From assembly GCA_963814585.1 (NCBI GenBank), contig CAWFDF010000012.1:470781-534780 (forward strand): 64,000 bases of DNA, written 5' to 3'. Each line of letters opens with the position of its first letter. Position 1 is the first letter of the stretch. The notes beneath the pieces are model-generated. The model had not been told where the DNA came from. It saw only the letters and a program-made list of their open reading frames with translations, and did no database searches. Positions 39,957 to 51,918 of this stretch are shown here, piece after piece. Position numbers and translations under genes: made by a program. The stretch comes from an uncultured delta proteobacterium. Its GTDB lineage: Bacteria; Myxococcota; Myxococcia; Myxococcales; Anaeromyxobacteraceae.

Positions 39957-41452
39957 GGCTGCCTCCCGAGTGCTTCGTTGGTGGTGATCGAGATGCCCGC
40001 GGGGCTCGGCTCCGGGCGGGCTCGCCTCCGGTTGATGAGGAGGGCGAGGACCGGCGGGGTGATCAGCGTGGTGAGCATCACCATCACCACGAAGACCGAG
40101 AACTGGACGTCGTCGACGACGCCCAGGGTCTTGCCCACCACGGCGAAGATCAGCCCCACCTCGCCACGGGGCACCATGGCCCAGCCCACCATCCAGCGGT
40201 TCACCGATCCGGCCACGGCCCCGGCGGCGAGCTTCCCGATCACCGCGATCGCCGTCACCGCCAGCGCGACGACCACCACCGAGGGGTCGGCGAGGACGCC
40301 CAGGTTCACCTGCATCCCGGTGAAGACGAAGAAGAGCGGTACCAGGAGGTGCCCGACCGGCTCCACCAGCGACTGCAGGTGGTGCCTGGCACTGTGACCC
40401 AGGACCTCGTCCACCCGGTGCCGCATCTCCGGGCTGGCCGAGGCCACGGCCTGACGAACCGCCCCGTGCAGCTCGGGCGCGGGGAAGTCCTTGAAGGTCA
40501 CCTCGTCCAGGATCAGACCGGCCGCGAAGGCGCCGACGATGGGGGCGAGGCCGATGGCGTGAGCCAGGAACGCCAGGACCAGGCAGACCGAGATGGCCAG
40601 GGTGAACTTCATGGCGGCGCCGGACTGGACCCGGGAGAAGAGCCGGCTCAGCGTCGGGGCCAGCCGGTGGCCGAGCACGATGGCGCCGCCCAGGAAGAGG
40701 ACCGACTTGGCCACCACCCAGGCGATCTCGCCCGGGCCGACCGAGCCGGTCGTCACCACGGCCGAGACCGCGGCCAGGATCATGAGCCCGATGACGTCGT
40801 CGATGATGGCCGCCCCGAGGACGATCTGGGCCTCCGGCGATCGCAGGAAGCGGAGATCCTTGAAGACGCGCGCCGTGATGCCCACGCTGGTCGCCGTCAA
40901 CGTGGCGCCGAAGAAGAGGTAGGTCCCGGTGGACTGGCCTGGGAAGAGGACCGGTCCGACCACGGCGGTGCCGAGCGCGAAGGGCACGACCACCCCGACC
41001 ACGGCCACCAGGAGGGCACGCACGCCCACCCGCCGGAGCTCCGTGATGCTGCTCTCCAGTCCGATCTGGAAGAGCAGGATCACCACGCCGAGCTCGGCCA
41101 GGAAGGCCACGTACTGATCGTGCTTGATGGGCTCGACCAGCCCGAGTCCGACCAGGGCGAGGTTGCCAACGGCGACGCCGGCCAGGAGCTCGCCGAGCAC
41201 GCCGGGCATCCCGAAGCGCTCCACCAGCCCGCTCACCTTGGCCAGCAGCAGCAGCACCGGGATCCACAGGAACGGGCGGGCGATCCCGTCGGATCCGGAG
41301 GCGGCGGCGATCACCGGCGCCGCGATCAGCAGGCCGGCAAGCGCCCATCTCGGGCCGCCGCCTCGACCGAGGCCGCGCACCGGCTCCGGGGCCCGCCACG
41401 CGGTCGTGGCGCGATCCAGTGGACGAGGAAGAGGTGGCAGGAGTCCGAACAC
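39953..41452 (-). CDS. Cation:proton antiporter (CPA2/NapA-like)
   Basis: LLFQIGLE, ATSVGIT, AAIIDD, GAFAAG, MVPRGEVG; start uncertain. Confidence 0.9.
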   Translation of the reverse strand: MFGLLPPLPRPLDRATTAWRAPEPVRGLGRGGGPRWALAGLLIAAPVIAAASGSDGIARPFLWIPVLLLLAKVSGLVERFGMPGVLGELLAGVAVGNLALVGLGLVEPIKHDQYVAFLAELGVVILLFQIGLESSITELRRVGVRALLVAVVGVVVPFALGTAVVGPVLFPGQSTGTYLFFGATLTATSVGITARVFKDLRFLRSPEAQIVLGAAIIDDVIGLMILAAVSAVVTTGSVGPGEIAWVVAKSVLFLGGAIVLGHRLAPTLSRLFSRVQSGAAMKFTLAISVCLVLAFLAHAIGLAPIVGAFAAGLILDEVTFKDFPAPELHGAVRQAVASASPEMRHRVDEVLGHSARHHLQSLVEPVGHLLVPLFFVFTGMQVNLGVLADPSVVVVALAVTAIAVIGKLAAGAVAGSVNRWMVGWAMVPRGEVGLIFAVVGKTLGVVDDVQFSVFVVMVMLTTLITPPVLALLINRRRARPEPSPAGISITTNEALGRQP

Positions 41453-41540
41453 GGGTCACCCGAGGTGAAGGGCCGAATCGGGTGCACCTCATCACGTCCT
41501 GGCGTGGCGCGTAATTCGGTGGGCGCCGTACGGGCAGCCC

Positions 41541-42173
41541 TTACCCCGGCCGGCGCGGCGCCCGGCCTCCGAGGCGAAGCATCAGCCGGATCAGGTCCGG
41601 CAGCCGTCGGATGCCGAGCTTCTCCATGACGCGGCCCTTGTGGACCTCCACCGTCCGCGGGCTGATGCCGAGCTGCGCCGCGATCTCCCGGTTGTGCAGG
41701 CCGGCCGTGACCAGGTCCAGCACCTCGTGCTCCCGTGGCGTGAGGCGGTCGAGGCCGCGGGCGAGGAGCGCCTCCTCGTGCAGCTCGGCGTGGCGCGCCA
41801 CGTCCTGGTCGACGGCGCGCCGGATCGCCTCCACCAGGGCGTCGTTGTCGACCGGCTTCTCGAAGAAGTCGACGGCCCCGGCCTTGAAGGAACCGCGGGT
41901 GGCGGCCACGTCCCCGTGCGCCGTGATGACGATGACCGGCGGCACGGTCCCGCGCCGACCCAGCTCGCCGAGGAGCTCCAGGCCGGTCATCCCCGGCATC
42001 CTCAGGTCGAGCACCACGCAACCGGTCCACCCGGGATCCCAGGTCCGGAGGAACTCCTCGGCCGAGGCGAACGCCATGGTCCGCATTCCGCTCAGGCCGA
42101 GCAGGAGCGCGAGCGAGTCGCGCACCGCCTCGTCGTCCTCGACGATGAAGACGGTGGGTTCAGGCGGGCTCAT
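41541..42173 (-). CDS. FixJ/LuxR-type response regulator
   Basis: EDD...LDLRMP...TAHGD...EKP; LTPRE...LGISPRTVEVH. Confidence 0.92.
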   Translation of the reverse strand: MSPPEPTVFIVEDDEAVRDSLALLLGLSGMRTMAFASAEEFLRTWDPGWTGCVVLDLRMPGMTGLELLGELGRRGTVPPVIVITAHGDVAATRGSFKAGAVDFFEKPVDNDALVEAIRRAVDQDVARHAELHEEALLARGLDRLTPREHEVLDLVTAGLHNREIAAQLGISPRTVEVHKGRVMEKLGIRRLPDLIRLMLRLGGRAPRRPG

Positions 42174-44139
42174 GGGACGTCCCTCTCGCCTCGTCGACGG
42201 GGAGTGCCACGTGGAAGGCCGTGCCGGCCGGCAGGGGCTCCGCCCAGAGCCGGCCACCGTGAGCCTCGGCGATGTAGCGGCAGATGGAGAGGCCCAGGCC
42301 CATGCCATCCGCCTTGCTGGTGACGAAGGGCGTGAAGAGGCTCGCCATCTCCTCGGGGGGCACTCCAGGCCCCGAGTCCTCGACGACGATCACCACCTCG
42401 TTCCCGCGCCGCTCCACGGAGAGGGAGATCACCCGTCGCGTGCCGTCGGACCTGGTCAACGCATCGATGGAGTTGCCCACCAGGTTGTGGATCACCACGG
42501 TGAGCTGGACCCGGTCGCCGAGGACGAACGGCGCCGGCTCGGCGAGCCGGGTCACCAGCGCGACGTGGTGCCGCGCCAACCTGGCCCGCGTGGACTCCAG
42601 GGCGTCGCGCACCAGGTCCGCGACGCCGATGCGCTCCAGGCGCGCCGCCCCGGAGCGGAAGAACTCGCGCAGGCGTCGGACCACGTCGCTGGCTCGCCCG
42701 ATCTCGACCCCCATGCGCCTCAGCGAGTCTTCCAGGCGGGCCTGGTCGCCGGAGCCGGCCAGGATGATGCAGGCCTTGGCATAGCTGGCCATGGCCGAGA
42801 GCGGCTGGTGCAGCTCGTGGGCGAGGGCCGACGTCATCTCTCCCGCGGCGGCCAGGCGCAGGGCCCGGGAGAGCTCCTCCTGCTGCTCCCTCAACCTCTC
42901 CTCGCTGGCTCGGCGCTGGCTGACGTCCCGGAGCACCGCGATCCGAAGCCCCGCGCGGCTGGCCTCGGCCATCGAGTACTCCACCGAGGTCCGGGACCCA
43001 TCCTCGCGCAACACCCACCGCTCGCCGACACCCTCTCCAACGAGGGCGCCGGCCGTGCTGGCCAGCATCGGGGCGAGAGGCCGCCCGCGAAGCCCGGCCG
43101 GCACGACCCCGAGGATGGCGCCGGCGGCGGGGTTGGCCTCCCGGATGCACCCCTGCGCGTCGATGCTGAGGATCCCGTCCGGAGCGGCCTCCAGAACCGT
43201 CCGCAGCTCCTCCTCGCGCTCGGCGAGGCGAGCGCCGATCCGGGCCTGCTCGTCGACGGTCGCCGCGAGGATGAGGGCCGTGCTCGCCAGGGCCAGCATG
43301 AGGAACTGGAACTGGAGGACCGTCTCCAGCGGGTTGCCTCTCGCCCAGAGGACCCCGATGAGCACGATCTGGACCAGCACCAGCGCGGCCGTCGTACCCC
43401 GCAGGCCTCGACGCACGGCGATCCAGACCACCGGCACGAAGAGCACGTAGAAGAGCGCCGCCTCGGCCGGGTGCGCCCACCAGAGGGCGAGGACCAGGGC
43501 GCCGACGAGGCTCGCCAGCTGGAGCAGTCCCTCGCGCGCGCGCGGGTCAGCCGGTGGATCGTGGGCCGCGCGCCATGCGGCGTGGACGAGGATGAGCGGC
43601 GTGGTGACGGCCACGCCGATGGCATCTCCGATCCAGAACCGGACGGCGTAGCGAGTGAAGTCCTGCGGCGACACCAGGCCGGCCGCGACGTTCAGGGCGA
43701 TGGAGACGACCGCGATCACCCCGGCTCCCGCCACGGCGAACACGAGCAGCAGGATCACGTCCCGGGCCCGGCGCAGCGTGGGGTCGATGTGCGCCACCCT
43801 GACCAGCAGCGCCCCCACCAGGGTGTAGCCCGCCGCGATCGCCGCGGTGGACACGACGACGAACCAGACCGGGCCGGGGGCGCCGCGCACGACGACATCG
43901 GCGACCAGGGCGGCCACGAACAGGGCCGGGGCGCACTCCAGGCCCGCGAGCAGGAGGAGGCTCAGGCTCAGCCCGGGTGGCGGATTCCAGACCGTGATGG
44001 CCAGCGGGGAGACCGGATAGAGGTAGCTCACCCAGTCCAGCGCCACGTAGGCGACCAGGAATGCGGCCACCAGCCCTGGGCGCCTCAGCGGCGGGATCGA
44101 CGGGCCGCCAGGGGCGGCGGTGTCATGGCCGGAGGACAT
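42160..44139 (-). CDS. MASE1-PAS sensor histidine kinase
   Basis: MASE1 TM region (WNPPPG, FWIGDAIG), PAS, AHELHQPL, DSGPG, GMGLGL. Confidence 0.9.
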   Translation of the reverse strand: MSSGHDTAAPGGPSIPPLRRPGLVAAFLVAYVALDWVSYLYPVSPLAITVWNPPPGLSLSLLLLAGLECAPALFVAALVADVVVRGAPGPVWFVVVSTAAIAAGYTLVGALLVRVAHIDPTLRRARDVILLLVFAVAGAGVIAVVSIALNVAAGLVSPQDFTRYAVRFWIGDAIGVAVTTPLILVHAAWRAAHDPPADPRAREGLLQLASLVGALVLALWWAHPAEAALFYVLFVPVVWIAVRRGLRGTTAALVLVQIVLIGVLWARGNPLETVLQFQFLMLALASTALILAATVDEQARIGARLAEREEELRTVLEAAPDGILSIDAQGCIREANPAAGAILGVVPAGLRGRPLAPMLASTAGALVGEGVGERWVLREDGSRTSVEYSMAEASRAGLRIAVLRDVSQRRASEERLREQQEELSRALRLAAAGEMTSALAHELHQPLSAMASYAKACIILAGSGDQARLEDSLRRMGVEIGRASDVVRRLREFFRSGAARLERIGVADLVRDALESTRARLARHHVALVTRLAEPAPFVLGDRVQLTVVIHNLVGNSIDALTRSDGTRRVISLSVERRGNEVVIVVEDSGPGVPPEEMASLFTPFVTSKADGMGLGLSICRYIAEAHGGRLWAEPLPAGTAFHVALPVDEARGTSHEPA

Positions 44140-44341
44140 GGGCGGACCGCGAGGATCAGGCTAAGGGTGGACCGGCGCCGGTGCAAGCACGCGCGGTCCT
44201 CCGTGACCTGCGTCACCGAGAGCGGGCCTGGGTGGACGGCCCGACGTTGACCATCCGGCGCAGCCCCTTGAGGGCCTCCCAGGTGGCGCGCCTTGCCACC
44301 CCGGAGCCGCGGAAGCTAGCCTGATGCTGAGAGGGGGCACC

Positions 44342-44767
44342 ATGATCAAGGCTCTCGTGCCGGTCGATGGTTCACGAAACGCGTGCCGCGCAGTCGAACA
44401 CGTCGTGGCGCTCATCACGGGGCGCGAGCCGATGGAGGTCCACCTGCTCAACGTCCAGGCGCCCATCGAGACCTGGGAGGTCCGCAGCCACATGCCCGAG
44501 GCCGAGATCGCGGCCTGGCAGCGGACCCGGGGCGAGGAGGCGCTGGCGCAGGCCAAGGCCATCCTCGACGCGGCCCGGATTCCCTACTCGGCCCACGTCC
44601 TGATCGGTGAGGTGGCGCAGACCATCGCCCGGTTCGCCGCCGAGCAGTCCTGCCACAAGATCATCATGGGCACGCGCGGCATGGGCGCCATCGAGAACCT
44701 GGTCCTGGGATCGATCAGCACCAAGGTCATCCACCTGTCGAGCGTGCCGATCACCCTGGTGAAGTAG
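44342..44767 (+). CDS. Universal stress protein
   Basis: LVPVDGS, IMGTRGMG...LGSIS. Confidence 0.92.
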   Translation: MIKALVPVDGSRNACRAVEHVVALITGREPMEVHLLNVQAPIETWEVRSHMPEAEIAAWQRTRGEEALAQAKAILDAARIPYSAHVLIGEVAQTIARFAAEQSCHKIIMGTRGMGAIENLVLGSISTKVIHLSSVPITLVK

Positions 44768-44922
44768 CCAGGGGAGTGCCGGGCGTCCACCTCCTCCCCG
44801 CGCGGTCCGTCGCCGAGGCGCCGGCGGGGACCTCCCGGCTCGGCGAGGTGGATTCGCTTTGACCTCCGGCGCCAGGTGGACTACGAAGGAGCGTCACGAC
44901 GTTGCAGATGCAATACTCGCCC

Positions 44923-47141
<2,219 letters not shown>

Positions 47142-47145
<4 letters not shown>

Positions 47146-48383
47146 GGGTCCTCCGCCGGGCGGAGATGGCGCCGGTGGTCGAGTCGCTGGCGCTCCCCGG
47201 GACCCTGATCGTGCTCGACTTCGACGGGACCCTGGCGCCCATCGTCGCCGACCGGGAGGCGGCCAGGCTCTCCGGTCGGACCCGCTCCATCCTGGGGCGC
47301 CTGGCGCGCCGCTACCCCGTCGCCGTGCTGAGTGGCCGGGCGGCCCCGGACGTCCGCTCCCGCCTCCAGGGCGTGCCGGTGCGCTGGCTGGTGGGCTCCC
47401 ACGGCGCCGAGTGGCCCGGGGAGGAGCGCGCCCACGGCGCCTGGCGCAGGCGGGTCGCCGCCTGGCGGGCCGAGCTGACCGCGCGCCTGGCCGGCGTGGA
47501 GGGGCTGTCGCTCGAGGTCAAGCCGCTGTCGCTGGCCGTCCACTATCGCGCCAGCCCCGAGCCTCGCCGCGCGGCGGCGCTCATCGAGGCCGCCATCGCG
47601 GAGCTCGAGGGTGCCGAGGTGGTGCCGGGCAAGAAGGTCGTGAACCTGGTGCCGCGGGGGGCGGGTGACAAGGGGACGGCGCTCCGGCGCCTGGTCGGCC
47701 TGGCCGGGGCGACACGCGTCCTCTTCGTCGGCGACGACGTGACCGACGAGGCGGCCTTCGGCGCCGACCTCGGCGTCCCGGCGGTGATGGTCCGGGTGGG
47801 CCACCAGCCGGGCAGCCGGGCCGGTCTCTGGCTCCAGCGCCGGGCCGACGTGGATCTGCTGCTGGAGCGGCTGTGCCAGGCCCGCCCGCGCCCCGGCGTG
47901 GCCCGCCCCCGCCGGCCCGTCCCCGGGCCAGCCGCGGACGCGGGTGCCACCGCGCTCGGTCCCGTGCTCGGCTTCATGAAGGATCTCTGGGCGCTCGAGC
48001 AAGGGCTCAACCGGCGCTCCAGGGCGATGCTGGCGCGGTACGGCGTCACCGGACCCCAGCGGCTGGTGGTCCGGGTGGTGGCCTGCCTGGGCGACATCGG
48101 CCCGGCCACCCTGGCCCGCGTGCTCCACCTCCACCCGTCGTCGGTCACGCGGCTGGCTCGCAGGCTCGAGGCCGGCGGCTACCTCCACCGCCGCCCGGAT
48201 CCGTCGCACGCGGGCCGGCTGCTCCTCGGGCTCGGGCCCCGCGGGACCCGCCTCGGGAACCTCCGTGGCGGCACCGTGGAGCGGTCCGTGGAGTCGGCGC
48301 TGGCCGCGGCCACGCCAGGCGACGTCGCAGCGACCCGGCGGGTCATGGCGCTGCTCACCGACCAGCTCGCCGCCGCGCGGTGA
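47142..48383 (+). CDS. otsB: Trehalose-6-phosphate phosphatase fused to a C-terminal MarR domain
   Basis: HAD motifs LDFDGTL, SGR, DKG, GDDVTDE; then in frame LGFMKDLW...YGVTGPQ...LHPSSVTRL. Confidence 0.88.
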
Positions 48384-48412
48384 TCGTCGCCCCCCCCGGC
48401 CGACCCGGTCGG

Positions 48413-48953
48413 TCAGCCCGGCTCGTCGATCCCGGGGAGCTGCGGCGCCTCGAATCCGGGCGGCGGGGTGCGCATGCCGATCGACGGGATGATGGTGTTC
48501 ACCAGCGCGTACCCGATCAGGCCGCCGAAGAGCGGCTCCGGGACCGAAAGCCGCTCGCGCAGGATCTGGGCGATGACCAGCGTGAAGACCAGCGTGGGGA
48601 GCATGGGCACGCCGATGCGCAGCCCCTCCCGCCAGGTCTCGCCCAGGCGCAAGCGACGGTGCAGCGAGACCAGCGCCAGCCGGAACGGGATGATCACGGC
48701 GACGAACCCGGGCGCCCAGAGGAGTCCCTCCAGCCCGAAGCCCTCGCGCCGCAACTCCGGCCCAGCGTGGAGAAGAAGGCGACGGTGCGGGCTGGCCGAA
48801 GAGGCCGAGGCCGATGGAGGTTCCGGCCCCGAGGGCCAGCCCGGTGACCGCCGAGGGGAGGCGGTAGCGCTCCAGGAGCTTCGGGACCACGAACAGGCCG
48901 AAGAGCAGCGCGACGTAGGTGACCTCCGACGGGATGCTCCTCAGCTCCGGCAT
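48413..48953 (-). pseudogene. Internally deleted, frameshifted cation:proton antiporter remnant
   Basis: N-terminal YVALLFGLFVVPK...LPSAVT; shifted TVAFFSTLG joined directly to C-terminal ELRREG...MLPTLVFTLVIA; only ~540 bp. Confidence 0.6.
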
Positions 48954-49057
48954 GGCCCCGCAGGTTACCTCACCCCGGGCACCCGCCAGGTGGCGCCGGT
49001 CCCGGCCCGCCGCGACGTCTCGCATTCCATGCCCCCGGGGGCTAGTCTCCCGCGGGC

Positions 49058-51028
49058 TTGAGCCCGGTCCACCGCATCCCCCTCCTCCCGGTCCCCAGGA
49101 CCGCGCCGGCGCGGACCCGCTTCGGCCGGTGGGCGGAGGGCGGAGAGCGGCTCGACGAGCAGGGCGGGCCCGTGGTCAAGCACCCCTGGCACCGCATCCT
49201 CTTCCTCTCCGGTGTCGACTACTTCTCGACCCTGGCCTACCAGCCCGGCATCGCCCTGCTGGCGGCGGGGCTGCTCTCCCCCATCGCCTCGCTGGTGCTG
49301 GTGCTGGTGACGCTGGGGTGCGCCCTCCCGGTTTACTCCCAGGTGGCCTGGCGCTCCTTCGCAGGCCAGGGCTCGATCGCCATGATCGAGCACCTGCTGT
49401 CCGGGTGGAGCGCCAAGCTGGCGGTGCTGGTGCTCCTCGGCTTCGCGGCGACCGACTTCGTCATCACCATCACCCTGTCGGCCGCCGACGCGGCCCAGCA
49501 CGCCGTCGAGAACCCGCTCCTGCACGGGGTGCTGGGCGGGGCCAACGTGACCGTCACCCTCGCCCTCCTGGCCCTGCTGGCCGCGGTCTTCCTGCGCGGG
49601 TTCCGCGAGGCCATCGGGTTGGCCACGCTGATCGCCGTGCCGTACCTGGGCATGACCCTGGTGGTCCTGGCCCGCTCCCTCGCCGAGGTGTTCAGCCACC
49701 CCGCGCTGCTGTCGGCCTGGACCGGGGCGCTGGCGGCCCGGGGGGATCCGCTGTCGCTGGTGGTCGGCGCCGTGGTGGTCTTTCCCCGCCTGGCGCTCGG
49801 CCTCTCGGGCTTCGAGACCGGGGTGGCGGTGATGCCGCTGGTGGCGGGCGAGGGGATCGCAGACGGCCGCCCGGTGGGCCAGATCCGCAACGCCCGGAAG
49901 CTCCTCACCACGGCCGCGCTGGTGATGAGCCTGCTCCTCCTCACCTCCAGCGTGGCCACCACGCTCCTCGTTCCCGCCGAGGCCTACCAGCGCGGCGGCG
50001 AGGCGGCCGGGCGGGCGCTGTCCTGGCTGGGCCACCGCTACCTCGGCCACCTCTTCGGCACCGCCTACGACCTGCTCACCATCCTCATGCTCTGGTTCGC
50101 CGGCGCCTCGGCGCTGGCTGGACTGCTCAACCTGGTGCCGCGCTACCTGCCGCGCTTCGGCATGGCCCCACGCTGGGCCACCCACGCTCGCCCCCTGGTG
50201 CTGGCGTTCCTGGCCATCACCACCCTGGTGACCCTCCTCTTCCGGGCCGACGTCGAGGCCCAGGCCGGGGCCTACGCCACGGGAGTCCTCGCCATCATGC
50301 TCTCCGCCGCGGTGGCGGTGACCCTGGCCTTCCGGGCCGAGTCCAGGGGCGGCCCGCCGGCCTGGCGCCGCAAGGCGCTTCTCTCGATGGCCTACTTCGC
50401 CGGGGTGAGCGCGATCTTCGCCTTCACCTTCGTCGACAACGTGGTCAGCCGCGCCGACGGCCTCCTCATCGCGGCCGCCTTCATCCTCGCCATCGTCCTG
50501 CTCAGCGCCGCCAGCCGCTACCGGCGTGCCACCGAGCTGCGCGTCTCCGGCGTCGAGCTGGTCGACGACGAGTCGAGGGCGCTCTGGGACCAGCTGGTGG
50601 GGCGCCGGGTCTGCCTGGCGCCGCTCAAGACCATCACCCCGGAGCACCGCCGGGCCAAGGCGGAGGAGATCCGCTCGCACTACCGGGTGGAGGGGCGCAT
50701 CGCCTTCGTCCATGTCACCCTGGCCGACAACCGAAGCGAGTTCCTCGCGTCGCTGCGGGTCCGGGTGCGGCGAGAGGGGCTGGACGACGTCATCGAGATA
50801 TCGGGGGCCGTCGCCGTGGCCAACACCCTGGCCTACGTGAGCGAGCTCGTCGACCCCATCTCCATCTTCCTCGGGCTCACCCGGCGCAACCTGATGACCC
50901 AGGCCTTCCGCTTCCTCCTCTGGGGCGAGGGGGAGACCGGCCTCCTCGTCTACTCGATCCTCCTCCGCTACTGGGAGTGGACACCGGCCGGGGACATCCG
51001 GCCTCGCATCTTCCTGATGAGCGACTGA
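49058..51028 (+). CDS. APC-superfamily transporter, KimA/YdaO-like
   Basis: GVDYFSTLAY, LSGFETG, AYATGV, ~12 TMs plus a cytoplasmic C-terminal domain; start uncertain. Confidence 0.75.
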   Translation: MSPVHRIPLLPVPRTAPARTRFGRWAEGGERLDEQGGPVVKHPWHRILFLSGVDYFSTLAYQPGIALLAAGLLSPIASLVLVLVTLGCALPVYSQVAWRSFAGQGSIAMIEHLLSGWSAKLAVLVLLGFAATDFVITITLSAADAAQHAVENPLLHGVLGGANVTVTLALLALLAAVFLRGFREAIGLATLIAVPYLGMTLVVLARSLAEVFSHPALLSAWTGALAARGDPLSLVVGAVVVFPRLALGLSGFETGVAVMPLVAGEGIADGRPVGQIRNARKLLTTAALVMSLLLLTSSVATTLLVPAEAYQRGGEAAGRALSWLGHRYLGHLFGTAYDLLTILMLWFAGASALAGLLNLVPRYLPRFGMAPRWATHARPLVLAFLAITTLVTLLFRADVEAQAGAYATGVLAIMLSAAVAVTLAFRAESRGGPPAWRRKALLSMAYFAGVSAIFAFTFVDNVVSRADGLLIAAAFILAIVLLSAASRYRRATELRVSGVELVDDESRALWDQLVGRRVCLAPLKTITPEHRRAKAEEIRSHYRVEGRIAFVHVTLADNRSEFLASLRVRVRREGLDDVIEISGAVAVANTLAYVSELVDPISIFLGLTRRNLMTQAFRFLLWGEGETGLLVYSILLRYWEWTPAGDIRPRIFLMSD

Positions 51029-51312
51029 GTTCCCCTCGGCTCGGCCGAGCGGGGCTGCCGGCCACCTTGGCCGCCCCGACCGGGCGCTCCACGGGCTGGA
51101 GTGCAGCTCGCGGTGCGGGCGAGCGGCGGCACCGCGGGGAGGGGCGCGCCGGTCGCGGCGGGTGCCCGGAGCCTGGTGGCCGCGTGACGACGCCGGGTCG
51201 AGCGCAGCGGCCGTGGCGCGGGCGGGAGGTCGCCTGGCGAACGGACCCTCCGCCAGCGACCGGCGTCCCGTCGCGGGCTTGGCGCGGCCCCGTTCCTGCT
51301 CCCGGCGGGCGC

Positions 51313-51918
51313 ATGGCCCTCCCCGTCCTGCTGCTGCTGCTCGCGTCCGCGCCTCAAGGCCAGGCGTCGCGCCCGCCGCCCACCCCAGTCCCGCCGGATC
51401 CCGCCCGGCTCCTGGCCCGAGCCACGGCCAGCGAGCCGCCCATCGCGGCGGTGCAGGCCGCCGCCGCCCGCCACGCCGAGGCTGCCACCCCGGACCCGGT
51501 CGAGCTGGCGCGGCGCCGCCGCCTCTCGGCGCTGCTGCCGCGGATCACCGCCCAGGTCCGCCACGAGGACAACGCCTACCGGGTGACCGGGCTGCAGGGG
51601 ACCGGCGAGGTGGACTACCTGCGCTCCTCGCCGGGCACCTCCTACTCGCTCCACGCCACCTGGGAGCTGGGCGACCTGGTCGCCGCCAGCGGCGAGGCGG
51701 CGGCCGCGGCGGCGGCGCTGGCCCGGGCCCGGCGGCGCGACGACGCGGTCCGCCAGGCCACCGCGCTCCACTTCGAGCGGCGCCGCCGGCTGCTGGCGCT
51801 GCTGGCCGATCCGCCGCCCGACGCCAGGGCCCGGCTCGAGGCCGAGCTGGAGCTGGAGCGGGTCAGCGCCGAGCTCGACGCCCTGACCGGCGGATCGGCC
51901 GCGGGGCGGCGGCCATGA
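51313..51918 (+). CDS. Secreted hypothetical protein
   Basis: Signal peptide; helical C-terminus ...ELDALTGG. Confidence 0.65.
   Translation: MALPVLLLLLASAPQGQASRPPPTPVPPDPARLLARATASEPPIAAVQAAAARHAEAATPDPVELARRRRLSALLPRITAQVRHEDNAYRVTGLQGTGEVDYLRSSPGTSYSLHATWELGDLVAASGEAAAAAAALARARRRDDAVRQATALHFERRRRLLALLADPPPDARARLEAELELERVSAELDALTGGSAAGRRP

Noticed and set aside
51030..51312. Long intergenic region as a possible ncRNA or island att site
   Set aside because: I could not find a repeat shared with the left boundary (25921-25976) or a convincing structure.
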